A stretch of 64,000 nucleotides of DNA from Vermamoeba vermiformis (lineage: Eukaryota): contig JBEWZL010000124.1 of the NCBI GenBank assembly GCA_045837725.1, positions 310,001 through 374,000 on the forward strand. Reading direction: 5' to 3'. A program made the position numbers and the translations under genes. Shown piece by piece: positions 52,201 to 64,000 of the stretch (its first letter is position 1; every line of letters begins with the position of its first letter). A model generated the notes under the pieces. The model worked only from the letters and a program-made list of their open reading frames with translations, was not told the origin of the DNA and did no database searches.

Positions 52201-52746
52201 TGAATGCCATTGCTGTTATTTTCTTGGCTGGATCCTGCAGTCGAAATTGAAATGAGTATCTAGCTAGTAATATAGGAATGTTATTATAGTGTACCTTTAG
52301 CCATGGCAATCTTCGCACTAATGGCACGCCACTCTCGCCAACATGTCGAAAAATAAAGTGATCTTTCCAAAGAATTGTTAGCAAAGTAAAAATAATTGAT
52401 TATAATCGCCACATTATGTATTATAATTAATATGAACGTATTAAAGTGAGAAAAAGGTATAATAATTTTAAATAAAATATTTAGATATTTTTTTTATCGA
52501 TTAATTACCATTCGAGCAATAAAGGGCTAAAAATTCATGGCCAAGATATCCGCCCTGTGCCACCACATCAATAGTCACATCTTGTTTATTGTTCAGACTA
52601 TTTGCATCGATTTTTCCTTTTGGTTTGGCTTTAGATCCGGACGACACGCTCAAAATTTTGACCAACGAAAATAAGCCAAAGTTATGAGCCTTGACGTCGA
52701 ACGACCCAGATACTCTGTTGTTATTATTGCTAGAAGATCTATTCAT
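46271..52746 (-). CDS. Large RCC1-repeat protein, Claret-like (N-terminal propeller-like region, RCC1 repeats, C-terminal Cys/His finger)
   Basis: RCC1 repeats (VYAWGANDHGQLGLG, CGWSHS, VYTWGSGLYGQLGHG). N-terminal RLPWLKDPAKKITAMAFNPTAQWLL and C-terminal FTCGH..ACPVC. The Claret assignment is from memory. Confidence 0.78.
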
Positions 52747-52820
52747 CGCATCTCTCCTGTTGCATCCGCTCTCAATTAAATAGAAATTTGCAATGAATTT
52801 TTCTTTTAGTTCAAATTAAC

Positions 52821-55721
52821 ATGAGCGAGCCAGCACACGTCCCTGCTATCAATATAGACCTCGTACATGATTTAAATAATAATTTAAATGTAAATAACTC
52901 ACCTTTGCCGCCGATCGAGGAAGAACCAGTGACACCAACAGATCTCAAAAAGACAGGCGAGATCCGCGCACCTGAACTGCATGAAGAGGTCACACCCGCA
53001 CATGCCTCGGGTATGCGCGCTATTAAGTCCGAAGAAGCACTATTCAAGTCTCCGCTGAGTACGCCAAGCACGCCAGGCACATCTGGCACTACATCTCCCA
53101 CGCACGGCTTGTCGAGCAGCACGAGCAGCATACCGCGCAAGACTAGGAAGAGAACGAATAGCTTGCCTGATGAACGACTATCACCGAGCAATACTAAGCC
53201 TGTGCCTGCGATCAAAACTGTTGCGTTCAAAGGGATCAAAGAAGGTAAGGTTTATTTAATTGTTACAATAGAGACACGCATGAATATGATATAGATAGAA
53301 TATATTTATTGCCATGATCAATCTAATTAATATTTTAAATTTATTTTTCCTTGACCGCCAAATTATTCGTGCCACGTCAGCGATCTGCATCGTTATTAAG
53401 ACCTACTATCGATATAAAATAGATCATATTATTTTTCTAAATAATATTAATGACAAATGACTACCGAACTCGATCCAGTAAGCAACTTTGGCTGACATCC
53501 GGACTTACCATCTATTCTATTAACAGAATCTGATGGCACTAGCTCACCTAGACGATCACCGCGATTAAGTCCGACGATTAATAGGCGCAAAGGATTTATG
53601 GACTGGGCTGTTGAAGAGGTCACTGGAAGTCAAATGGATGGCAAACAGAACCAGCTCAGCAAGACTAGAGACGATGTATATAACTTTATTAGAGTGCCTT
53701 GGCAATTAGAAAAGGTAATGAGTCATATTAAATGTGATACTATCCTCGCGTAACGGTTTTTTTGTAACGGGATCGGATCTTGCTTACAAATTGCAAATGA
53801 AGTGGGCTAATATGTTATTATCGTTCATTATAGGCATGCACATTTGGATTCTTTGCGTGCATGGACGCATTTCTGTTCTATTTCACGTTCTTCCCGATCC
53901 GCATCCTGCTCGCAATATTTTTATTCTTGAAGAAGATCGTACAGCCTAGCAAGTAAGATATGCCGATTAAATAATACAATATCATTTAATTATTTCATTT
54001 TGAACGTAAAATAATTGTATGGTTCTTCGTGTAATCGATTTTTGTTTTGACGTGGATCAGATCCGCGTCATGACGGATGTTTAACTAACTGAAAATCTAT
54101 TATTATAGGACTGAACTAACACCAGGTCATATATACGACTTGCTGCGCTTTGTTATTGGTTGTTTTTCGTGCTGGATCTTGTCGTTCATCGACGCTTCAA
54201 TTTTGTATCATTTTATCAAGGGCCAAGCTGTTATTAAGCTCTACGTCATATTCAACGCGATAGAGGTACGTATTTTAGCATATTTAAGTCGCTCAATATC
54301 ATCCCACAATATAATTCTTGGAGTTTTGTTCGAACAAATTTTTTCTTTGTGGATCCGATGTAGTTTGAACTATTTGAATATTATTATCGTAGTATTCATA
54401 TTCAACATGATGTGTGTCGTGTGTCCTGACCTCTGAATCAATCATGTAGTCAGCATTTACACGAGCTGAATTTGAATTTTTATTTTTTTTTCTTTGCCCT
54501 AATTTGGCTATTTTTTCTTAACCATGCAATAAACTGAGCTAATCTAATCTTTGCAGATATTCGACAAGCTATGCTGCGCATTCGGTCAAGACGTGTTTGA
54601 CTCGTTGTTTTTGATTGTGAGGCCCGAAAAAGACTCGCACAAGACACGGCTCAGACCAATCACGCACTTTGTGGTGTCGCTGGTATACACTGGTATACGA
54701 CGCTATGCCCATATTTGGCAATCTAATCACTGACAATCTTTGCAGCTATTCACTCCGTGCTGATCTACGTGCGCGTGATCACGATGAATGTCGCGGTGAA
54801 TTCGTACAACAACGCGCTGTTGACGCTGTTGGTGTCGAACAACTTCATCGAGGTCAAGTCGAGTGTGTTCAAGAACTACCGAGAGGAGAACTTGTTTCAA
54901 GTCACCTGCAGCGGTACGTCCTCCGTACTTAGCGTTAAAATGATATCGTTGGATCCGAGACATTAGGCTCATAGTTCGAGAGGCCTATTAGTTTGTATTA
55001 TCAATACTAATGATGTCGTTTATGTCCCTTTAGACGTGCTCGAGCGATTTCAGCTGTTGGCGTACCTGTTCATCGTCATCTTTCACAACATGCACGACCT
55101 CGAGTGGAACATATCCATGAATGTGTTTCTCATGAACGTGTGGGTGGTACGTCTGTCATGGATGTGCACCATGCATGTTCATATTTAACTGTTGCTATTC
55201 AGGTTGGCATAGTGTTGGGCAGTGAGTTCGTGGTGGATTGGATCAAGCACTGTTTCATTCTCAAATTCAACAATATGAGTGCTGATATCTACGCCAAGTT
55301 CTCAATGATCCTCAGATCTGACGTCCTTGATGCTCGCAACGAGGTACTTAACGAGCTAATTCTTTAACAATGCTTCACAAACTGACTTGTTCAAGGGCTT
55401 TTTGGATCCGTCCTCGAATGTGGCACGACGCATTGGCTTTATTCCACTGCCCCTAGCATGCTTAGTACTGCGCGTATTCTTCCACATCTTCCCACTATCA
55501 GGCTGGCTCGGAGTAGTACTGCTATTGGTGTTCTGTTTGGTGATTGCTGCGCTCAAAGTGCTCATTCGTATCTTGTTGCTCGGCAGTTGTCTCACCAAGT
55601 TTGAAAAGCTCAAGGTAATGCTGGAAATACTCGCAACACCTATTTCATACGACTAACCTTTTGTGCTTAGGCTGAGAGCAAAAAACTGTCACAGATCAGC
55701 ACACCGTACCAAAAGGTCTAG
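52821..55721 (+). CDS. TAPT1: TAPT1/Emp65 (DUF747) membrane protein
   Basis: VPWQLEK, LYHFIKGQAVIKLYVIFN, DKLCCAFGQD, NVAVNSYNNALLTLLVSNNFIEVKSSVFK, VDWIKHCFILKFN and RRIGFIPLPL motifs. Confidence 0.93.
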
Positions 55722-55824
55722 CGAGGCTATTATTGGCCTATTTGTTCATCTTTCGTTGTATCATTGTAAATTACTGTAAATAAGTTTCAAACCAAATTCG
55801 TGTTCATTATTACAACCAGGTACA

Positions 55825-58800
55825 TTATTTTCTTATGTATACATCTTGAACACCATACACTGATATTTTTTCCAACGTTTCAAACGACGGCTTGTCAAGG
55901 TGTTCAGCTGAGTTAGGGAAACAAATACGCAAATGCGTCAACTTCTTTTTGCAGCCAATGCAGTGTTTAGTCTAAGCATTGGTGAGAGGTGTTAATTACT
56001 GTGAAATTTTATGAATTTGTTTGTGATTGATTACCTTCAAGCTCTCGACGAACTTAGCATCCAAGTTGGCGTGTTCGTTACCGCAATCCAGATTGAACAA
56101 CGTGAGAATGCTCTGGTAGTTGTAGAACTCACCGCAAGGCACGTGATACAAACACTTGCTGTCGAGTGGTTGGCGACACGCGTCCACGACTGTTGCTGAC
56201 CACTCACCGGTTTGACCTAGCGATGCGTTAGCTACACGCCCTTCAAGCTCATTGCACGCCATTAGCAGGACTTACTCTTTGACAGCCTGGTGTTCGATGG
56301 ATTGAGTGGCACGAGCTCTTCCACTCTGAATGTCTCGCGGTCCAAACTGCAGTAGCTGAGTGTGACCGTTGATTCTTTGTCGCCAATGTGTCCGCACGGC
56401 AACAGTTGTGGATTGCGCATGGTTTGCATCAGAATCAAATCTTGCCAGCCAAGTGCCTTGGTGCCCTTTTTGCGTGTGAAATATACTGGGAGATTGTTAG
56501 TGACACTAAAAATAATAAAAGTTCTTGTGGGCAACCATACCAGTTTTCAGCCTAGGACATCGAGAACCAACGTCAGTCAGCCAATTGTTGTCCAACACTT
56601 CACTCGTGTCAACAACACTCAAAACCTGATTAAAAGACGTTAGAACATACTCCTCGAGCATGGATGGAACTCACTTCTAGTGCTGGGATCTTTTCTTTTT
56701 TAGAGAGCAACGAGAAAACTTTTTCACCGCTCTTTTTGAGCTCGTAGCAGTGGTCTAAATACAACTCACGGAGATTGGTGAGACGATAAAGTGACAGCAG
56801 TGAGCGAGCACTGGTCTGTGTGCCTGTCAAATTCAAAATCTCGACCTGCACACGCGTTAGCAAGATCTGAAATGGCGCGACATTGATTGACCTACTTCGT
56901 TCTCGCGATGAATGGGGTGTCCTTTGCCATTAGTGCCGTTGAAAATTGCACGCATTGAAGACTCAGTGTTTGACAGGTCAATCTCTGAGAACACAATGCG
57001 AACTTTGTGCAGTTGATAAGCAAACGAGAGAATTCGATCGAGAATTTTCACCACCAAGTCCTGTGCACCAACCGTGAGTTGACACATAAATAACGAATGC
57101 ACAAGCGTACCTTGGCCTTTTCGCGTTGTTGTTCGGGTGTGCCTTCAATTTTGTTGGGTTGTAAGAAGGGCCAGTTCGCGAATGAAATGCGCATCTTGGC
57201 ACGCACTTCCAGCTTGAGATCAGCACTCGCTGAGAGCGGCGAATCTGAGTGCGGTGACGAGCCTTTAACAGGACTGCTCGTGGGTGTTGTGTTGCTGCTG
57301 GGCACTGACAACGAGCCCTCGCCGTCCTCGTTGTTGTTGCTCGCACTGACGCGGTCTTCAGGCCCGAGGTCCACGGACTTGATCTCAAGCACGGGCAACA
57401 CGACTTTAGACTCCTCAGTGCCTGTCCATCGCGCAACTTCGCGCAACAAAGGCGCTGAAATGTCACGCTCTAGCCTCCTTCGACCATTAGCAGTCTCGAA
57501 CTCTTTGAGCGCTGAGTCCAAGTCGAGTGACTGTGATGTGTGGAGGGGCGAGCGGCTTTGTTTGGGACTGCCGCGGTGTTGATTGTCGGAGTTGAGCACA
57601 GCGTCAGTACTCTGCACGAGTGGTGGCTGCGGAATAACTTTTTGTGGGCTTGGTGCAGGTTTAATTCCACTGCTGGTGGCTCGCTTTGACCTAGTGCTGC
57701 CTGTAGTGGGAGGGTTGGTGGTTGGCGTGTTGGGGACTATTGGAATTGGTTCACTTTTGTGAGCTGGTTCAGGGGCATTGCTGTTGGTGTTGCTAGTATT
57801 GGTGCTAGTATTGTTGCTGGTGTTGTTGCCAGTGTTGTTGTTCGTCCTGTTCGTGCTGGGACTGTCAGTGCTCGAAGTACTTGAGCGCAAGAGATCCTCC
57901 GTCGAGCCATGCGACGAGTTGCTCCGCGCCAATTGCAACGCATGCACTATTTGCGTGTATTCGGGGAACAACTTCAAGAAGGCGGGACTGCGCGAGTTAA
58001 AGGCCAAAGATTCGCGCGCATACATTCGCTTCTGCGTGTCATCGGTGTCAATCGTCCCGATCAGTTCTTCGTCGTCAAGCTACAAGTAGCGCCCACATTA
58101 GCATCATATAATTTACTTACTAGTGTGTGTCTAATACGTACCAGTGCGAATAGTATTCCATATAGCAAACTATTGAAACAAAGTACTGTCAGATCCACGC
58201 CGGATCGCGAGAACAATTCTCAATTGTGACTCACCTTGAGAGTGTCCAATTTGGATTCCAGTGGTCGGGGTGGACTGAAGATATTCAATAGAGCCGTTAG
58301 TTTCGCGAAGATAACGCAGGAGTTTTCAGGATCGATGAAAAAATGAAGAAAAAATATCCGCTTACAGTCACTCATGCTGAGGCACAAACGAGTATCAGTT
58401 TTAAAGCGACCACTCGGAGTAATCATGTATATGCCTAAGTAATGATTAGCACACAATCGCGATTGTTATAACAGAATTCCAATTTTTTGGGACTAATGGA
58501 CAAAAATAGCTTGCGATCGGCTTACTTGGAGGTTTGTTCGGGTATTCTGGCGGGAATTTAATAAGGCCATGATATATACCTCCTGTTTAGTATTGAATGA
58601 ATGAGTCGAGGGCAGGAAGAAGCGCATTTTGATTTTTAAGGTTTGCGGATCTAACGTGTAAGGATTGTTTGCTCCGCAGTTATAATTTATATAAACATTA
58701 TTTATCCTTATTAAATGACCATACGATCGTGCCGTAAGAGGTTATTAGGTCTTGAAGAGTAAATTTTAAAATCGATTTTGCATAGTCAATTACCTTTGAA

Positions 58801-59058
58801 CGGAGTACCATCGGGGCCCAAGATTAAAAAATGCCAAGTAAAAATATCATCATTGTCATATCTCGCTAAATATAAATTTAATTATTTAGCAGTGCGTAAG
58901 TGATGAAAATTGAATTAAAATATTTAACGGTCCCAATGCTGTTACTCACCCACTATGCCTTGCAATGGCTCTTTAAATATACTAAGTGCTTCTTTGGCGA
59001 GTCGTTTTTGAGCTTCTTTCGATATTCCGTTATCTTTTGCTGGCTGATTTGACTCCAT
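55825..59058 (-). CDS. Ubc6/UBE2J-type E2 fused to LRRs and two degenerate RING/U-box-like domains
   Basis: [49 protein letters not shown]. The frame continues through GT-AG introns into LxxLxL repeats and the PCGH and PCGE..CIGC modules. Confidence 0.82.
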
Positions 59059-59358
59059 TTTCAATTTGTGACGGTATTATTTATCCTCATCAAAGGTCTA
59101 ATATATTTACAAATTTATGCTGATGAGGTCGTCCAAATCGTGTTCCTATTGTTCTGATCCTTGAAAACGTCAACCCTTCGTTGAACAAATCACGTGCGCG
59201 AGATACAGTATTATGGACGTGCGGTCCCAAAGGTAGACAAGGTAGTCATAGGAACAGGACTGTTAACAAAGATCTATAAAGACTGCTTGGTCTTGACTGG
59301 CGAATTACCCCAGAAGGATCGGAGATCGGATAGTTTATTCGCTTAAAGGACGTAAGTC

Positions 59359-61262
59359 TTATTGCTTGCTCCACATCTGCTTATGGTCATTGATTATCTT
59401 AACATAACTTTGCGAGCCGGCTCGTAGCACTCGTTTAAGATCGGGATCGTTCGCGAAATCTATTTTGGCAAGCCCGAAACATTGATTATATGATTCGACC
59501 CACTCTGCAAAGCATTGAGTCAGTAACGATGCATATGAAAGTAAGGTTCGTACCAAAATTGTCCATGAGAGACCAGTAATAAAATCCTCGCACGTCCACG
59601 CCTTCTTTGATCGCACGTGACACAGCGTAGAGGTATCTAATAAGGCAGTGTTAAATATGGGCTCGATCGATAGAACTATGAATTACCGCTTGATCCAAGT
59701 TTCGCGCAGTACGTCTTTGCTGTCAGGAGCACCTACAATACATGTCAGGTGTGGTGCGAGATGACAAGCCAACCAATACGTACCGTTCTCAGTGATTATA
59801 ATGGGCTTGCCTAGCTCTTTGACGCGGTGCAATGCTCTGTAGATGCCTTCAGCATAGATGGCGTATTCGAACTCCGTAACCATTTCACCTTAAACACCTG
59901 TGAGCCTGGCACCCGTTCAATGTGTCAAAACCAAATTACCTTTCTTTGCAGGACACAGATCAATAGGCTTGTTCGAGACAATAGGTGACACAGCATAGTA
60001 GTGCGAGTAGTAATTGAGACCGAAAGAAGTCATTCGCGCCCTTAGCCTGCTCATTGACGAAGCGATTGTTCACAGCAAAGGGAATGTTGATCTGAAACAC
60101 ACCCGTCTTGAAGAACTGAATGAGATGTTAGTCACGTTGTTCACATCATCGTGCACGTACTCCCAGCACACTCTCATTCATGAATGCGTCGAAGTACTTG
60201 GCGACCAAACGATTGATGGGATTCCACCAGTTGTAGGGGTCAAATTGAGTCAAACTGTGCTGCTATTAGTCACTTATCTCGCAATGAGGTCTTACTTACT
60301 TGTGCACAATACCCACTCGAGCATTGTTGCCTCCAGGAAGGGCTTTAATCATGCGATAGACTTGCACATGAGCTTCGCACAGATTCTTCAATACTTCACT
60401 CGCTAGCTGCATGTTGCGTACTCCAGGCGGGAATCGACCTTCAATGTATCCAACTCTGGCGCGATGTCAATAGCTGTCAGCTTGTAAGTTACAGTGATCT
60501 TACCCTGTGTAGACTGTAGGCTCGTTAATGGTGCACCACCACTTGACTTTGGATTGATACTCTTTGAATACTACCTGCGTAACGTTATTGTTAGAGAATT
60601 GGCGCGCAATATGACGTAGCCCATCTTACTTCGCAAAACTTGACGAAGAATTCAATGTTGCTAGTTTTTTCCCAACTGCCCATGTCATTGAACCAGATTG
60701 GATGCGTGAAATGGTGGAAGGTAACCATGGGTTCGATATTAGCTTCGATCAATGCGTCTATCATTTCATGATAATGTTTCAAAACTTCGTGATCCACCTC
60801 GCCTGTCCAATAGGATTAGTCGGGATTATAAAATTGCTGCATTATTGTATTACCTCTCTTGGGCTCGATCTTGCTCCACTCGACACTGAATCTGTAGCTG
60901 GTGAGTCCAATTTCTTTCATTAATGCAATGTCTTCTTTGTACAGATTCCACGAGTCGCAAGCACGGCCACTCAATGCCTTCGTCTTGCCCTTAGTTTCCC
61001 ACACGTGCCAATTATTGTTTGTGCAATTTCCCTCGACTAAACGAGGATCAGAAAATTGGAAAAAATTTTTATAACTTACTTTGATGCGCTGCGGTGGCTG
61101 CTCCCCACATAAAATTGGGTGGAAATCTAGATTATTAAGTTAATTTGATTTTTTTTCTTTTGGCGTGGTCAGATCCGTATCAAACAATAATCCTTACTTG
61201 ACATCATCTGTATTGATAGTGTCCCAATCCCATCGAATCTCTTGAAAATGATCGATTTCCAT
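59359..61262 (-). CDS. Glycoside hydrolase family 1 beta-glucosidase
   Basis: FMWGAATAAHQIEG, YRFSVEWSKIEP, TFHHFTHP, TINEP (acid/base), ITENG (nucleophile) and WSLMDNFEW. Confidence 0.93.
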
Positions 61263-61447
61263 GATTATTATTGATATTTGTTGTGGAGTGTAAAAGCGAA
61301 AATCGAAAATGACGTGTATCAAATTTTAGAGCTGGCCCGGAATTATTTCAGCTTTCCGTGCACTCGAGTCATACAGTGATAGTGAAAGAAGAGTGTTTTA
61401 TTAATTACAATCAGATCCAGCAGTAAGTACAAAGCATTCTTCAAGCT

Positions 61448-63064
61448 TTAGACTTTGCTGTAGTTCATCTTGGACTCGAGTTTCTTGCTCTCTTGCACCT
61501 TTCTGACGGCCTTCATAAAGTCTTCTTGCAGCACGTAGTCTCGTTCAGCACGAATAGCGGCCATACCAGCTTCTGTGACTACGTTACGAAGATCTGCTCC
61601 GTTAAAGCCATCGGCCAACTTGCAAATAGCTTCATAGTCTAGTGCAGCTAAGTTAATACTTCTGCGTACTTAGTAACATCGCGTTAATACTTACCAATTT
61701 CACCTTGCTTAGTGATCTTTGCGGAGTGAATCTTCAACACATCCACACGACCTTGCTCGTTGGGCAAGGGAATTTCAATCTTTCTGTCCAAACGACCAGG
61801 TCGCAACAAAGCAGGATCCAAGACGTCTAGGTAGAACGTTAGGTATTGTTACAAGGATACGAGCAATAATACAAGCTCACATACCAGGTCTGTTAGTAGC
61901 CATGATAACTTTCACTTTGCCAAGCTGGTCGAAACCGTCCATTTGATTCAAGAGCTCCATCAATGTACGTTGAATTTCACGATCGGCAGATGTACCTTCT
62001 GAGAAACGTCGACCACCGATAGCGTCGATTTCGTCCATAAAAATTACACAAGGCTGGTGTTCACGAGCATAAGCAAACATTTCACGAATGACACGTGCAC
62101 TTTCACCAATATATTTGTCGACAATAGCTGAGGACACGACCTTCAAGAAGTTGGCGTCGAGATTGCAAGCGACGGCACGAGCCAAGAGGGTCTTGCCAGT
62201 ACCAGGAGGACCATAGAGCAGAACACCCTTGGGAGGCTTAATACCGACACGTTGGAACAGTTCAGGATTTGTGAGGGGCAATTCAATAACCTGCAGCACA
62301 AAGGTGAGTCGCACAAGTACAAAAATGTCACGTGCAAAACAGTACCTCTCTGAGTTCTCTAATTTGATCGCTGAGACCACCGACTTCGTTGTAAGCGACT
62401 TGACCAGGGTCTTCAGTTAACATGTTGAATACCACTAAAGGTAACATTTTGGTTAGGAACAAAAATTCTCGAGACTCGCTGAAAATGACTTACAAGGATC
62501 AACTTCACGAGGCAATGATCGCATAATTGTGAGAGTGGTCATATCCAAGGCAACACGGGTACCTTGCTTCAGGCCGTCTTTGTTCACTTTGTTTCTGCAT
62601 CCAACAACATAGCGAGGGCCACTAGAAGCCTTCACAATAACTAATATAATATAAGAAATTTGTTAAGAATATTTAAACGTGATATTTGTGGTCGAAAGTA
62701 GAATTTGTTAAATTGCAAGAGAAAAAATTGCTGATGCAGATTGAAAAATTTTTCAGATTCAAACTTACATTTCTCCTCATCCAATTTTTTTAATACTTCT
62801 CCGACAATTTGTCCAACACTTTGAAGAGCCTTCAAATCATCTTCTGATTTATCATAGTCTCCTTTCAATTTTCTCATCTCCTCTCGGACTGAAAAATTAC
62901 TTTGTTAGCAACAAAACAACGCCATAATTTGATTAATAATTTAGCAGTATTATTTAGTAATACTTACGGTTTTTAACTTTAGTTTCATATTCTCTGTGTT
63001 GAAGGAGCTTGCTGCGATAATTTTCAAGAGCCTTTTGCTTCTTTTGTTCTTCTGTTTCAGCCAT
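61448..63064 (-). CDS. PSMC6: 26S proteasome AAA-ATPase Rpt4/PSMC6
   Basis: [62 protein letters not shown]. Confidence 0.97.
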
Positions 63065-63351
63065 TGTGCTTATTATATTATTTTACGCCACACAAATAGG
63101 TCAATAAGAGTGGTGTTCTAATTTAAATGATATAATTTTTGAATTTTTTCAAGCTGACAAAAATTTTGCTAGCGAAGCAAGTTGGGTGTCATTTCCTCAC
63201 GCACGTGATCGACTGACTGCCAAGTATCGACCAAAAGTTCGCATGAATAGGGGACCCTTTTGTTGATGAGAAGGGAAGGTCTTGGATTTGGGTGATCAAG
63301 CATCCAGAGAAAAGCACACCAACTTAAAATAAAAATAATATTTTACAGGGT

Positions 63352-64000
63352 TTATTGATCGGCTAAATCTAACAGTATCGAAGACAGGTGCTGCGCTGAG
63401 AGGCTAAATAAGACTCAATTAGTTTTCCATCGCTTGGATGCAACACAAAGTAACGTACTCTTGGACAGGCGGAGCACCTTCTTTGAGAATCTGTTCTACA
63501 CTTGACTGAGGTCGCTTCAACATCTGTACAACGCGTTGTGTCTCTTCGACCTTGGCCTTGGTAGGAGGCAGCTGTTCTCGTACATTATCGTAGTTCTTCA
63601 TTAACTGACTGGCACGTGTTTCATTCGCCTTTAATTGTTTGCTCAGCTCCATATCCTGCACATCAACAAACATTAGTAAGAGTAACAAGTGTATTCTAGA
63701 ATTGCGTGATATAGTTCTGTCTGAACGTACCTCTTGTATGGCTTCATAAGACTCCTCGTCACTTTCTTCATCGCGATTCTGTTCGTAGCCAGTAATCGCT
63801 TCACTCTCGCGCTTAAGTTTCTGTGCAAGATGTTCTGTAATAGCTGTAGAAGCTTGCGCCCTAGTAGCGTGAGAGTCAGTATAAGTGTCAAGGGTATTGG
63901 CCAGTAGTTCGAATTACCATGTGTCCTCTAGTCGCTTTACTGCTACGGCGAGTTGTTCGTCGTAATTAGCGAGTGATTCCAAAGGGTTTGGAACGTCTTT
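63352..64000 (-). CDS. 3' part of a coiled-coil protein of unknown function (5' end outside the window)
   Basis: Several spliceable exons encode heptad-like sequence (ELSKQLKANETRASQLMKNYDNVREQL) and end at TAA 63352. Confidence 0.6.

Noticed and set aside
1-64000. Alternative genetic code or stop-codon readthrough
   Set aside because: Conserved genes splice into open frames under the standard code and end in TAA, TAG or TGA. Internal stops are confined to the GH16-like gene, Tdh and F-box copy 2.

Overview
Gene-dense eukaryotic nuclear DNA with many short GT-AG introns and CTAAC/CTGAC-like branch points. It is probably from a free-living amoeboid protist; Amoebozoa is inferred from a countin homologue and the overall gene set. 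About 30 protein-coding loci were reconstructed by manual splicing. Housekeeping genes: DUSP12/Yvh1, DDX46/Prp5, U1A/U2B'', CCZ1, threonyl-tRNA synthetase, TAPT1 and Rpt4. Transporters: a CDF/ZnT, an ABCD and a half-size ABCB. Secreted proteins: countin-like, ependymin-related and a GH16-like protein lacking its catalytic glutamates. Prokaryote-type enzymes carrying introns: TrmL, Zn-dependent Tdh and a GH1. There is also a tandem F-box pair with one disrupted copy, plus several intronless orphans. The most notable observations are: (1) one gene fusing a Ubc6/UBE2J-type E2 to LRRs and two degenerate RING/U-box-like modules; (2) a recurrent orientation-independent GATC-centred motif (GATCGGATC / AACGGATC) in introns, together with a 5'-AT-rich gradient along genes; (3) CACGTG boxes upstream of many starts; (4) an intron presence/absence difference between tandem paralogs; (5) a penta-EF-hand protein whose EF4 loop is replaced by a GYPPQ repeat. 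All family calls come from motif recognition, not database searches. CDS coordinates span introns.
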